The notes: generated by a model from the letters alone, not told the origin. DNA of 64,000 nucleotides from Nitrospirae bacterium MYbin3 (GCA_002753335.1 PEAD01000004.1:62001-126000); one strand, 5' to 3'; positions 1 through 10,292 are shown, counted from the first letter of the stretch. Translations and numbers: made by a program.

Positions 1-2
1 AG

Positions 3-1442
3 AAAAGACAGGGCAGCAAAACTATAGTGGTGGGCGCGGGCCATACAGGAGAGATGATTCTTAGGGATATTCTGGGACGTGCTTCTTCCTCCCTGAACCC
101 TATAGGGCTTCTTGATGATGATGCTAATAAAACAGGAACTTACATACACGGCGTGAGAGTCTTAAATACTATCGCAGGCCTTGAGTATGAGATTAGGAAA
201 AATGATGTAGAAGTTGTGATAATCGCAATTCCTTCCCTAGATCACAAAAACATAAGACAAATATACGACTCTGCAAAGACCGCCGGTGCCGCAAGGATAA
301 AGATCGTTCCCCGGATATATGATTTTCAAGGTTCTAAAGTCAATTTGCAGGATTTGGAGGACATAAGCATCGAGGACCTAATCGGCAGGCAGAAGATAAG
401 CGTTGATTATCTTGAGATAGGAGAATTTCTAAAAAACAGAACAATACTTCTTACAGGCGCCGGAGGCTCTATAGGCTCCGAGATCGCCCTGCAGGTCAGC
501 GGTTTCGAACCTAAAAAGATCATACTTTTCGATATTGATGAAACGGGTCTGCACAATATCGGGTTGAAGATCAAAAGGACCTTTCCGCAGATGATCGACA
601 GTATCGTTTTTGTTGTTGGTGATATAAAGGAGAAAAGCAAGGTCAGAGAAGTTTTTGATTCTATGAAACCTGAGATTGTTTTCCATGCTGCTGCGTACAA
701 GCATGTTCCTATGATGGAATACAACCCTGCTGAGGCGGTGAAGGTAAATGTTTTCGGCACTTTTAATCTGGCCGAAGCTGCTGCTATCTATGATGTGAAT
801 AAATTTATCATGATATCAACAGACAAGGCGGTTAGGCCCACGAGCGTAATGGGAGCAACAAAAAAAGTGGCCGAATATATCTGCAATTCTTTCAACGGTT
901 CTGGCAACACTAGTTTTGCTTCGGTGCGGTTTGGGAACGTACTGGGAAGCAGGGGAAGCGTGCTTCCGCTTTTTATGGAGCAGCTGAAGCATGGTGGTCC
1001 GCTTACAGTAACCCACAAAGAGATGCAGAGATATTTTATTACTATTCCCGAGGCTGTATCCCTTGTTTTGCAGGCGTCTGTTCTAGCTTCAGGAGGACAG
1101 GTGCTTGTGCTTGATATGGGGGAACCTGTAAAGATAGTAAGGCTTGCCGAAGAGTTGATAAGGATACACGGCCTTGAGCCTTACCGCGATATTGGGATAG
1201 AATTTGTGGGGATGAGGCCGGGTGAAAAGCTGTTCGAAGAGATTCTAACGGCTGAAGAGGGTACTGTCCCTGGCAAACATGAGAAGATTTTTGTGGCTAA
1301 CAGCAGCGACAGCCATTCTATTGATGAGATAAAGTTTGTTCTATCACAATTTGCTAATGTTCTTAATGCAGCTCCTGATGCTCGCGACTCGATGATAAGG
1401 GATTTGCTCAGGAAACATGTCAAGCATTTCGCGGATGTTTAA
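3..1442 (+). CDS. Nucleoside-diphosphate sugar dehydratase/epimerase, CapD/PglF/WbpM family (5'-partial)
   Basis: TGAGGSIG, HAAAYKHVP, STDKAV, MGATK, VRFGNVLGSRGSV and RPGEKL motifs; frame is open back to position 3. Confidence 0.92.
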   Translation, partial: KRQGSKTIVVGAGHTGEMILRDILGRASSSLNPIGLLDDDANKTGTYIHGVRVLNTIAGLEYEIRKNDVEVVIIAIPSLDHKNIRQIYDSAKTAGAARIKIVPRIYDFQGSKVNLQDLEDISIEDLIGRQKISVDYLEIGEFLKNRTILLTGAGGSIGSEIALQVSGFEPKKIILFDIDETGLHNIGLKIKRTFPQMIDSIVFVVGDIKEKSKVREVFDSMKPEIVFHAAAYKHVPMMEYNPAEAVKVNVFGTFNLAEAAAIYDVNKFIMISTDKAVRPTSVMGATKKVAEYICNSFNGSGNTSFASVRFGNVLGSRGSVLPLFMEQLKHGGPLTVTHKEMQRYFITIPEAVSLVLQASVLASGGQVLVLDMGEPVKIVRLAEELIRIHGLEPYRDIGIEFVGMRPGEKLFEEILTAEEGTVPGKHEKIFVANSSDSHSIDEIKFVLSQFANVLNAAPDARDSMIRDLLRKHVKHFADV

Positions 1443-2464
1443 ACTGCAGGTTCTTCTTCTAGGATTTCTTGCAGGCCTTTAAAAACCGCCTCAACGCTTA
1501 CATCCCCCGCTTTTTTGCTTTTGTCCTGAAGTATAAGATGTCTTGTTCCCCACGGCCTCCACCTATCCTGCCTAGTTGATCCCCAAATAGTAACAATCGA
1601 TTTCCCGAGCGCCGCAGCTATATGCATAGCGCCTCCGTCACAGCAGACCACAAGATTGCTTGCGCTGAGCGCAGCTATTAATTCGCTCAGGTTTTTGGTC
1701 TTATAAGCGGTGGCTTTTGCCCCAAGTGCAGCAGTAAAAACCTCGGCCTTTTCATCGTCTCCGGGGTGGTATACATTGCTTTCGCTGCCTGGAGACCAGA
1801 GAAGAAGAATAGAGGCTTTCAGGTTTTTTGAGACAAGGTTCCCGAGCGCAATGAAATTTTCTATTGACCATCTATTGTCTTTTTTTCTGCTGCTTATGTG
1901 GAATGCTATAACAGGCCGCTTTACGCCTGATGCCGACAGAAAAGTTTCGACCTTTTTTCTTTCTTTATCCGAAGGATAAACTTTCATTGCAGGTGGCGAG
2001 CCGCTTATTCCAAGTTTCGAAAGAAGCCCAAAGGTGCGCTCCACCTCGTGCAATGGGCCGTCGGATTCAATAACCGCGGCATTGTATCCTGAGTGTTTCA
2101 ATCCCTCTCTGCTATATCCTACTCGCATTGCAGCCCCTGTGAGCCTTGTGTAACGTTCAAGCCGTTTCGAACAAGAACCGCAGGCTATCGCCACATCAAA
2201 ACGCTCTCTACGTATTTTCATAAGCAGGCGCATATTGTCGAAAGCAACCGTGATTTTATTTTTCGAGGAGTGTTTTGCTTTTTCGTAAACATAGATATCG
2301 TCAATATCAGAATTGCCCAGGAGTGCATCGGCATTGTAGGTGTTTACGAGCACGCATATCTTTGCCTGAGGAAAATGTTCTCGCGCCACATGTATTGCCG
2401 GAGTGGTGCAGATAAGGTCTCCGATATTGTCACGCCGTATAAAGAGTATTTTTTTGATCATCAA
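1439..2464 (-). CDS. Glycosyltransferase family 9 (heptosyltransferase-like)
   Basis: IRRDNIGD N-terminus and DGGAMHIAAALG C-terminal GT9 motif. Confidence 0.88.
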   Translation of the reverse strand: MMIKKILFIRRDNIGDLICTTPAIHVAREHFPQAKICVLVNTYNADALLGNSDIDDIYVYEKAKHSSKNKITVAFDNMRLLMKIRRERFDVAIACGSCSKRLERYTRLTGAAMRVGYSREGLKHSGYNAAVIESDGPLHEVERTFGLLSKLGISGSPPAMKVYPSDKERKKVETFLSASGVKRPVIAFHISSRKKDNRWSIENFIALGNLVSKNLKASILLLWSPGSESNVYHPGDDEKAEVFTAALGAKATAYKTKNLSELIAALSASNLVVCCDGGAMHIAAALGKSIVTIWGSTRQDRWRPWGTRHLILQDKSKKAGDVSVEAVFKGLQEILEEEPAV

Positions 2465-3741
2465 ACTCTGTTCTCGTCCGATTTTTGAAGCCTGTATGCC
2501 AAGGCCGCACCCATGCCTAATAAGACCATAAAGAGCAGCTTTGAGTCGCCTGCATCAAAACTGCCGAAAAAGTTGTTGACCCAGTATCCGGACATCATAG
2601 CAAGCAATGCGCCGGCAAAGCAGTGTCCCAGACTGTTTTTTTCAGCAACGGTTTTCTTCCAGACCAGTGCGATAAAAAAAGCCAGCGATAAAATCATATA
2701 TAGGAAAACCGCCAATCCTTGAAGTCCGAGCTCGAATGCCATACCGATAAAGGTGTTATGCACCTGAGCATAAATGAAATCTTTATTGCTTTCGTTCCTT
2801 ACTGTTCTCCCGAATAGAAACCGTCCGTAGCCGTGTGGCTTAAAAGGTTCCTCAGAAATCCTGTCCAGAGCTGTTTTCCACATGGCCAAGCGATGACCGG
2901 TGCCTGTTCTTTCTTCCTGAGCGAATTTTAAGGCTATCTCTGTGGGGGGCATTTTCATGAACTCAGAAGCTGTGGGGAAGGTGACGCCTTTGAATGTAAT
3001 ATTTGCCAATAATACTATAGAGATCAGGACTAATATTGCTGATGGTGCCAGGTGTTTAGAGAAACGTTTCTCTGAGATAAAAAGCAGCAGAATCACAAAT
3101 GCCTCAACCCCCAAAGCTAGATATGACGCTCTTGTAAATGTTATATACAAGGCTAAGGTATTTATAATCAAAAGAGCGGCAAGCGCTAATTTGTGTATGC
3201 TCTCCTTTGCGTACAAGAGGGCGAAGAAAACAAACGGTATTATGGTGGTGTGATAAAGACCTGCTGCAGCTCCACCGCCTGGGTCTCTCAGGCCACCTGC
3301 TCTGTATGTAGATGTGGCCCATGTTCCATCATGAATATGAAAGTCTATGAACGAATAAAGGCTGAATATTAGGCTTCCAATAAAAAGAACCTTCATTATG
3401 GTTGTGACATCTTTTTCGTTTTTAATCGCGTAATAAATTGTGTAAAAGACCGCAACAGGAGTCAAAAACTCTCTCCATAATTCTTTCAAGCTTTTATGGA
3501 TGTCTACCGAAGTAGGCAGTGATGCGATTATTGCTATGAAGAACAAGAGAAATGGCAATTCAAACGGGGTCTTGATATAACGGAAGTCTCTGGATAGGTA
3601 GTACCGCCCTAAAACAGCTGCAATCGTTATGCCGATGGCAAAGGAACGCACTGTGATGGTGTGTGCTATGGGCAGAACGAATACCAGTACGCAGAGGCAA
3701 AAAAGCGCAGTATGTTCGAGCCTATGAATGTTTATATTCAT
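2461..3741 (-). CDS. waaL: O-antigen ligase family protein
   Basis: Polytopic membrane protein with TFTRAS, RLAMW, HGYG and HNTF (Wzy_C) motifs; LPS context. Confidence 0.8.
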   Translation of the reverse strand: MNINIHRLEHTALFCLCVLVFVLPIAHTITVRSFAIGITIAAVLGRYYLSRDFRYIKTPFELPFLLFFIAIIASLPTSVDIHKSLKELWREFLTPVAVFYTIYYAIKNEKDVTTIMKVLFIGSLIFSLYSFIDFHIHDGTWATSTYRAGGLRDPGGGAAAGLYHTTIIPFVFFALLYAKESIHKLALAALLIINTLALYITFTRASYLALGVEAFVILLLFISEKRFSKHLAPSAILVLISIVLLANITFKGVTFPTASEFMKMPPTEIALKFAQEERTGTGHRLAMWKTALDRISEEPFKPHGYGRFLFGRTVRNESNKDFIYAQVHNTFIGMAFELGLQGLAVFLYMILSLAFFIALVWKKTVAEKNSLGHCFAGALLAMMSGYWVNNFFGSFDAGDSKLLFMVLLGMGAALAYRLQKSDENRV

Positions 3742-3755
3742 TAGGAGGCAGTGGA

Positions 3756-4415
3756 CTAAGGTTGTTTTGCAGTTTTTCGGCCTACCGCAAAATAACCGAT
3801 GCTGTGGTCGCTTGTATCGATCTTTTCGTCAACCCATTCAGCGAGGAGCTCTAAGGGCCGTATTATTTTTCCCAGTTTTCGCCTCCACCATTTCGATTTC
3901 AGCTCGATCAATCGCATAGGATACCAAACAAGAAAAGTGCAGACCCCCCCGTTTGGAATAAGCTCGATCATTTCAACTCCGTTTTTTTCGAACAGATGCC
4001 GAAACCCGTCCTTGCTAAAGCGGAAATAATCGAGAGGCTCTTTGTGATAAGGCGCCATCCACCCGGTTGCGAGGAATATATGCCCGTTTGATTTGCATAC
4101 TCTTGCGAGTTCTGCCATAAGCTCTCCCGGTTCAGGCACATGCTCTATTACCTGAGAGCATATTACGGTTTCGGCTGCGCCAGACTTTAGAGGTATATTC
4201 ATCACGTTGCCGATGAAGCCTATATGGGCAGGAACTTTATCTCCAAACTGCCGTGCACTGCTTAAATTATCGAAGCCTATATAATCTGTCGCATATTTTT
4301 TTATAAGCCCGGCGTATTTCCCGCTGCCCGCCCCGACATCCAGAGTAAGCCCTCTGCAATAAAATGGAAGCACTCTTTTGAGAATGCTTATCGTGTATGA
4401 TTTAGGTTCGCGCAT
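3756..4415 (-). CDS. Class I SAM-dependent methyltransferase
   Basis: LDVGAGSG, SQVIEHV and HKEPLDYFRF motifs typical of glycan-locus methyltransferases. Confidence 0.85.
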   Translation of the reverse strand: MREPKSYTISILKRVLPFYCRGLTLDVGAGSGKYAGLIKKYATDYIGFDNLSSARQFGDKVPAHIGFIGNVMNIPLKSGAAETVICSQVIEHVPEPGELMAELARVCKSNGHIFLATGWMAPYHKEPLDYFRFSKDGFRHLFEKNGVEMIELIPNGGVCTFLVWYPMRLIELKSKWWRRKLGKIIRPLELLAEWVDEKIDTSDHSIGYFAVGRKTAKQP

Positions 4416-5551
4416 ATTCCGGCTATTTTATCACAATCAGCATTTTTGATTATCTTAGCTGCAGCGCCGAATATCTCTTCGGCAGAAACGCTTTCTATGC
4501 ATTCGCGTGTGCCTAAAGCGCAGTGGTAAGGGCTTTTAAAGGAGTGTGAGCAGGGCGCACAGGCAATGTTTTTTTGTATTATTGCGCAGTTGTCGCCTGT
4601 AGGTCTCTGGTCTTCCATGTCAGAGGGTCCCGCAATATCAATAACCGGTATCCCGAGCGCATCGGCCATATAAGCGATCCCTGTGTCAACACTTATGAAT
4701 AAAGAAAGTCTTGCGATGAGTGAGGGCAGTTCTCTCAACTTCAGTTTGCCTACTGCATCGGTTACCATATTTTTTCTTATTATCGAGGCGATAATTGCAT
4801 CTGCTGTCTGTTTTTCATCGAAGGCGCCGACCAGAACTATATTAGCATTCATCTTGTCGAGCAGTATATTTACAACCTCTGCAAACTTCCCGGCTCCGAG
4901 CTCTTTAAGCTTATTGCCGCTGCTAACTCCAATTCCTATTAGAGGTTTATTAATATTTTGCAAGATTTCTGATGCCTTGGATGCTGCATCGTTGTTTATA
5001 AAAATATCTTTTTTAGTATCTATGCTTTCGATTCCAATTTTTTTAAGCATTCTCAAATATGTTTCTGATGTTAGTCTGCCCTGTATGTGTTTTTCTGTTC
5101 CGCTGAAAAGATATGATGCGATTTGGAAGGTAAGTCCGCAGAAATTCGGGAATATGGTCAGGCGCACCGGCACAAGCCCCCAAAAAAGTGCGAGGCTAAA
5201 AAGAGTATTCGGATTAAGGCAGACGGCCGCATCATAGTGTCCCTCGCGTATCAAGGCCGCAAGTTTCAGTTTGCCCCCAAGTCCGGAATATTCTTCAGTT
5301 TTAATCGAAACTATTTCATCAACATTAGGGTTGTCCGAAATAATTTCGATGGTTGATGGAGCTGCAAAAACGGTCAAATGCGCTGTAGGATATTTTCTCT
5401 TTATCTCCCTGAACACCGGCGTGGAACATATCATATCTCCGATTTTTGCGGTCTGTATCACCAAAATTTTATTCAGGCCATGCCGTTTTCTTATGGAAAG
5501 GATCAGATTGATAAACGGCAATGCTATATAGGCAAGAAAGATATTTATCAA
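4388..5551 (-). CDS. Glycosyltransferase family 9
   Basis: IQTAKIGD, DTGIAYMADALG and CAPC motifs. Confidence 0.87.
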   Translation of the reverse strand: MINIFLAYIALPFINLILSIRKRHGLNKILVIQTAKIGDMICSTPVFREIKRKYPTAHLTVFAAPSTIEIISDNPNVDEIVSIKTEEYSGLGGKLKLAALIREGHYDAAVCLNPNTLFSLALFWGLVPVRLTIFPNFCGLTFQIASYLFSGTEKHIQGRLTSETYLRMLKKIGIESIDTKKDIFINNDAASKASEILQNINKPLIGIGVSSGNKLKELGAGKFAEVVNILLDKMNANIVLVGAFDEKQTADAIIASIIRKNMVTDAVGKLKLRELPSLIARLSLFISVDTGIAYMADALGIPVIDIAGPSDMEDQRPTGDNCAIIQKNIACAPCSHSFKSPYHCALGTRECIESVSAEEIFGAAAKIIKNADCDKIAGICANLNHTR

Positions 5552-6753
5552 TGCCCCAACACCTCAGAAAAGACTTCTTCTACGCCTGATATATATTTTC
5601 CGGCCGAGAATTCTTCTATTGCCCTTTTTTTCGCTTTCTGTCCCATGCTTTTCCGAAGGTGGCTGTCATTTGCAAGCTTCAGAATTGCCGCAGCTATCGC
5701 AGCAGGCTGAGATACAGGTACGAGATATCCAGTTTCGTCGTTTTGAATAACCTCGGAGGTGCCTGTTACACGGGTAGCCACTACCGGCTTTTCCATAAGC
5801 ATGGCTTCAAGTATGCTTCTCGGCAGGCCTTCCTGTTCGGAGGTCAGCACAAAAATATCCATGACGTTTGTATATGAAACGGCATCGTTTTGAAATCCGG
5901 CAAATATTATTCTGTCCGAAAGGTTTTTTGCTTGCATAAGTTCTTCAAGTTTCTTTCTTTCAGGCCCGTCGCCAACGATAACACATTTTATAGGCAGGGA
6001 TGAGTCGTGTGCAATTATGGACATAGCTTTTATAAGGTCTTCCACCCTCTTGAGCCTGATAAGCGAGCAGACGGTCCCGATTAGAATCTCATCTGTCGTG
6101 ATTTTCAGCTCATCCCTGATTCTTTCGGGCGCTGTCTGAGGTTTCGTTTCGGCATCTATTCCATTGTAAACAACCGTGCATTTTGATGCATCCACGCCTT
6201 GGCTGACAAGGCTTTCTTTTATGCCTGTAGAAACGCAGATGATTTTTTTTACGACTCTATTTGCAAGAGCAGTTTCTGCAGAATTCAGTTTGGGTTCTTT
6301 TCTGCAGTGCTGCACAGCCGGAATGCCGGTCTTGTCCGACGCTATAATACCCTCAAAATTAGAGGAAAGCTGATTATTCATATAGAGCAAATCCGCATTC
6401 ATGTTTTTCAAGAGCACCGATATTCTGTTTGCGTCTTCTTTGATTCTGAATCGGTAGTCAATAAGGAACACCAGTTTGCGCAGCATCCCTTTGTTCCAGA
6501 AAAAAGTGGCTCGCAATAGCTCCTTGAGTATTTTAGCCGCAGCAGGCTGTTTGTATTGCGGCATAAGCATTACATCAACTCCGAGTTTTTTGAGCTCTGT
6601 TTCGATGTCTATGCCACCGCTTTTTTTGTAGTTATGGTAAAAGAGGGCTGTAAAATGGTATCTGCTTTTATCGATTCTTTTGAGAAGCTCGATCAGGCTG
6701 TTGGTACCGCCTCCCCACTCCTTGCCGGTATCGAGGATCAGTATTTCTTTCAT
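5548..6753 (-). CDS. Glycosyltransferase family 4
   Basis: WGGG, VVYNGID, IVGDGP and EGLPRSILEAM motifs. Confidence 0.9.
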   Translation of the reverse strand: MKEILILDTGKEWGGGTNSLIELLKRIDKSRYHFTALFYHNYKKSGGIDIETELKKLGVDVMLMPQYKQPAAAKILKELLRATFFWNKGMLRKLVFLIDYRFRIKEDANRISVLLKNMNADLLYMNNQLSSNFEGIIASDKTGIPAVQHCRKEPKLNSAETALANRVVKKIICVSTGIKESLVSQGVDASKCTVVYNGIDAETKPQTAPERIRDELKITTDEILIGTVCSLIRLKRVEDLIKAMSIIAHDSSLPIKCVIVGDGPERKKLEELMQAKNLSDRIIFAGFQNDAVSYTNVMDIFVLTSEQEGLPRSILEAMLMEKPVVATRVTGTSEVIQNDETGYLVPVSQPAAIAAAILKLANDSHLRKSMGQKAKKRAIEEFSAGKYISGVEEVFSEVLGH

Positions 6754-6787
6754 CGAAGCTTTTTAGCGTGTTGTCTAAATAGAGCCT

Positions 6788-7168
6788 CTACCACGGGTTC
6801 TCGATATCCTTGGCTTCGAATTTATGATTTCTGGTAACCCAGCAGGTTTCTAAGCCCTCTTTGCGTTTCTTTAGACCCATGAAGTCGCCTTTGAAAAAAC
6901 GATAGAGCAGCGCAATAGGCGTCAATATGAGAAAAAATACGAGGGAAAGTATGATACGGCTGTTGAAGCTTCCCACAACTTCTGCAAACTTCAGCCAAGC
7001 ATTCGAAATTTTATTCGAAAGTGCCTTGAAGAACAGGCCTATAACCAAGAGGCACAAGGCTGCATAGATAAATAAGTTGCTTTTAAAAAGCAGCGCCGCT
7101 ACTAGCGAGGCGGCTGCCAGAACAGCAAGCGTCTCCAAATTTTTATTGCCGGTTTTGTCTTTTCGCAT
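6788..7168 (-). CDS. SxtJ-family small membrane protein
   Basis: Re-called start at MRKDK (7168), 2 nt after the stop of the upstream peptide; AWLKFAEVVGSFNSRIILSLVFFLILTPIALLYR matches SxtJ-like proteins found beside NodU carbamoyltransferases. Confidence 0.75.
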   Translation of the reverse strand: MRKDKTGNKNLETLAVLAAASLVAALLFKSNLFIYAALCLLVIGLFFKALSNKISNAWLKFAEVVGSFNSRIILSLVFFLILTPIALLYRFFKGDFMGLKKRKEGLETCWVTRNHKFEAKDIENPW

Positions 7169-7170
7169 TT

Positions 7171-7320
7171 TTAAAATATGGTGTATATGAACGGAGCTAT
7201 CGCTGAGCCGCTCGACATAACTATAATTATTCCGAACAGCAACAGCACTATAATCATCGGCAGAAGCCACCATTTTTTGCGCTCTTTTAAAAAGCCCCAC
7301 AAATCTTTTATTAAAGACAT
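7171..7320 (-). CDS. 49-aa single-TM peptide, DUF5989/SxtK-like (missing from ORF track)
   Basis: Manual translation MSLIKDLWGFLKERKKWWLLPMIIVLLLFGIIIVMSSGSAIAPFIYTIF*; fills the operon gap; RKKWWLLP...APFIYTxF is the family signature. Confidence 0.88.
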   Translation of the reverse strand: MSLIKDLWGFLKERKKWWLLPMIIVLLLFGIIIVMSSGSAIAPFIYTIF

Positions 7321-7336
7321 CTTCTCGACCCCCTTG

Positions 7337-8437
7337 TTATATCCAACCCTTGGATTCTAAATATTTCTTCAATTCCTGCGCCACAAACCTGTTGCCGGAC
7401 GCTGACATGTGCCAGACAAACAGCTTGCTGTATTGGTCCGGATCGGTTGTTTTCATTTTTGCAAGCGCAGGAAGCAGGTCTAATGTTTCGACATTTGCAT
7501 CAGAGGCGCATTTGATCAGCCGTGCCGACTTGTCAATATTCTTCTGAGGGGTTTTTGCCTGATACTGCGCAAGCACAAGTGTTTTTACACCTGTTCTAAT
7601 TGAAAATTCCTTTAATCTGTTCATCAGAAGGCAGGCCACTTTTTCGGGGTCTTCTCCGGTTTTTTTCCAGTATTGGGTTGTCCCATAATACCAGATGGTC
7701 GGCGCATTTTTGGACATCACGCGATGCGCAAAAAAACTGTATCCGAAGATATTTCTCAGTGAGTCGAAGATTGGATGCGGATTTGTGACGGCCAAGTCTG
7801 TTATATGCGAAGTATTCAATATGAGTTTGTCATCTTTGATTCTGAAATAAGGCTTTGGCGTGTTGGTTCGGTTTTCGAGCTCACACCTGCCTATGCCATC
7901 AGCAAAGAAGCTTACAATTAAGATGTCCGGTTTGTATTTTTCATAGAGCATCTCGGCCCTTACGATCATCTGGTCCAGCCCATATCCAAAAACCCCGCCG
8001 TTTAAGGTTTTTGTCTTTGTCATGGATTCGAGATATGCAGGCCATGTTTCGTTGTTTTCAACCTCATCCCCGAAGGTGAACGAATCACCCACAGCCAAGA
8101 TGAGAGGCGCTTTGTTTTTGAGCGGAACATTATTGCCGTTGCTTCTTATCCCGTCTTCGATTATTGTCACTTTTTTGTTCCAGATATTTTCTGAGCTGTC
8201 AAAACCCGGTTTAGGAATGTAGCCGAGTTGTCTGTCAAATTGTGCAGGATAGGATGATTTGAGCAGCGACGAATCTCTTTTTATGTAAAACTGCAGGGTG
8301 AACTCTTTGTGATAGAGCCGCATTATTATTTCGGTCAGAAAGAATCCGGCTATTATAAAAATCAGGATCAAAAAGGTGGTGGTTTTTTTAGGATTCTGCT
8401 CGAACCATGTTTTTTTTGTTTCAGGGATTTCAGTCAA
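7337..8437 (-). CDS. Membrane-anchored SGNH/GDSL-fold protein (SxtL-like)
   Basis: Likely TTG start at 8437 behind a GGAGGAG RBS, overlapping the carbamoyltransferase stop; N-terminal TM helix, AVGDSFTFG, NGGVFGYG and WHMSASGN motifs. Confidence 0.8.
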   Translation of the reverse strand: MTEIPETKKTWFEQNPKKTTTFLILIFIIAGFFLTEIIMRLYHKEFTLQFYIKRDSSLLKSSYPAQFDRQLGYIPKPGFDSSENIWNKKVTIIEDGIRSNGNNVPLKNKAPLILAVGDSFTFGDEVENNETWPAYLESMTKTKTLNGGVFGYGLDQMIVRAEMLYEKYKPDILIVSFFADGIGRCELENRTNTPKPYFRIKDDKLILNTSHITDLAVTNPHPIFDSLRNIFGYSFFAHRVMSKNAPTIWYYGTTQYWKKTGEDPEKVACLLMNRLKEFSIRTGVKTLVLAQYQAKTPQKNIDKSARLIKCASDANVETLDLLPALAKMKTTDPDQYSKLFVWHMSASGNRFVAQELKKYLESKGWI

Positions 8438-10292
8438 GCTGGTACTCCTCCCGCCAGTCTCTCTCTTCTGCCCATGCCGCCTGATGTTTTTTCTCGAATA
8501 TGTTGTTGCCCAGAACAAGATAATCCATTTCGGTTCTCATAAAGCATTTGTAGGCATCTTCGGGGGTGCAGACTATAGGCTCTCCGCGAACATTGAAGCT
8601 TGTGTTTACCAAAAGGGCATAGCCTGTCCTCTCTTTGAATTTATCTATCAATGCCCAGTAGCGGGGATTGGTTTCCTTGTGCACTGTCTGCACCCTTGCC
8701 GAGTAATCAATGTGCGTTACGGATGGGATTTCTGAACGTATGTGATAAAGCATCTCTTTCAATGTCAGAGAATGGTAATTCGGCGGAAGCGGTTTTCTTA
8801 TGCTGTCTTTCACCGGCGCCACCAAAAGCATGTAGGGCGAGTCGGTCGCCAATTTGAAATATTTTTGCGACTCCTCTGCCTGCACAGAAGGTGCAAAGGG
8901 GCGGAAGCCCTCCCTGAATTTTATCTTGAGGTTCAGCTTTTTCTGCATTTCGCTGTTTCTGGCGTCAGCCAGAATGCTTCTGTTTCCGAGTGCGCGCGGA
9001 CCAAATTCCATACGACCCTGAAACCATCCAACCACATTCCCATCGGCAAGTATTCCAGCTGTTTTTTCGAATAGTTCGTTTGAATCGGCATAATGCGTAT
9101 AGACTGCTTTGTATTTTTTTGCAGTTTTCTGAATTTCGATATCCGAATATTCTGGACCGAGATAGGAGCCTTTCATCATATCCGCTTTTTCTGTGGCGGT
9201 ACGGGCGTTGTTGAAGTAAGTGTGATAGGCGCAGTAGGCGGCTCCCAACGCGCCCCCGGCATCTCCTGCAGCCGGTTGGATCCATATCTCGTCGAAAATG
9301 CCCTTTAATAACAACTTGCCGTTTGCAACACAGTTTAAAGCAACGCCTCCTGCAAGACAGATGCGCTTTGATCCGGTAATCTTGCGGGCTTCGGCAGCCA
9401 TTTTTAAAACTATCTCTTCTGTTATTTTTTGTATTGCAACTGCGAGGTCGCAATGCTCGGGCAGAAGTTCAGCCTCAGGCGAACGCCTAGTCATTCCGAA
9501 GAGTCCGGACCACTTTTCATCGCTGGTCATTTTTAGTCCAGTCGCATAATCGAAATAATCCTGATCGAGCCATATTGAACCGTCATCCTTTATATCGACA
9601 AGATGGGTTTTGATAATTTCGATATAGCGTGCGGTTCTTTCTGAATCTGCATTTCCATAAGGCGCAAGCCCCATGAGTTTGTATTCGCCCGAATTTACCT
9701 TGAAGCCCAAATAGTATGTAAAGGCAGAATATAAAAGCCCCAGAGAGTGCGGGAAGCGCAGTTCCTTTAGTATTGATATTTTGCTGTCCTGTCCATGGCA
9801 TATAGAAGCGGTTGCCCATTCTCCAACCCCGTCTATGGTGAGTATTGCCGCTTCATCAAAAGGCGAGGGGTAAAAGGCGCTTGCTGCGTGGGACAGATGG
9901 TGTTCGGGGAAAAGCAGCCTGATTTTGTCTTTGTCAAAATCTTCGATTTCTGCCAACCCGTCTAGAATCATTTTTTTCAGCATCAATTTTTCTTTTATCC
10001 ATACAGGCATAGCTGCTGTGAAGGATTTGAGGCCTGCAGGCGCAAAGGCATAATATGTTTCTAGCAGTCTTTCGAATTTAATAAAAGGCTTATCGTAAAA
10101 GGCCACGGCCGATAGCTCTTCTATCTGCACCCCGGCTTCATCAAGGCAGAACCTGATAGCGTTTGCAGGGAATGAAGCATCATGTTTTTTGCGCGTAAAA
10201 CGCTCTTCCTGAGCAGCTGCAACGATTTGTCCGTTGTGCAGCAGCGCTGCAGCCGAATCATGATAGAATGCGGCCAGCCCCAAAATATACAC
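8430..10292 (-). CDS. O-carbamoyltransferase, NodU/CmcH/SxtI family
   Basis: YHDSAAAL, EERFTRKKH, EHHLSHAASAF, GEYKLMGLAPYG, AGGVALN, EFGPRALGNRS, NTSFNVRGEP. Confidence 0.95.
   Translation of the reverse strand: MYILGLAAFYHDSAAALLHNGQIVAAAQEERFTRKKHDASFPANAIRFCLDEAGVQIEELSAVAFYDKPFIKFERLLETYYAFAPAGLKSFTAAMPVWIKEKLMLKKMILDGLAEIEDFDKDKIRLLFPEHHLSHAASAFYPSPFDEAAILTIDGVGEWATASICHGQDSKISILKELRFPHSLGLLYSAFTYYLGFKVNSGEYKLMGLAPYGNADSERTARYIEIIKTHLVDIKDDGSIWLDQDYFDYATGLKMTSDEKWSGLFGMTRRSPEAELLPEHCDLAVAIQKITEEIVLKMAAEARKITGSKRICLAGGVALNCVANGKLLLKGIFDEIWIQPAAGDAGGALGAAYCAYHTYFNNARTATEKADMMKGSYLGPEYSDIEIQKTAKKYKAVYTHYADSNELFEKTAGILADGNVVGWFQGRMEFGPRALGNRSILADARNSEMQKKLNLKIKFREGFRPFAPSVQAEESQKYFKLATDSPYMLLVAPVKDSIRKPLPPNYHSLTLKEMLYHIRSEIPSVTHIDYSARVQTVHKETNPRYWALIDKFKERTGYALLVNTSFNVRGEPIVCTPEDAYKCFMRTEMDYLVLGNNIFEKKHQAAWAEERDWREEYQLD

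Noticed and set aside
7169..7300. N-terminal extension of the 170-aa ORF 6788-7300
   Set aside because: This stretch is occupied in another frame by the DUF5989-like peptide; the SxtJ-like similarity starts at 7168
6788..10292. Saxitoxin biosynthesis cluster
   Set aside because: Only sxtI/J/K/L-like genes are present, with no sxtA or sxtG, and the context is LPS synthesis
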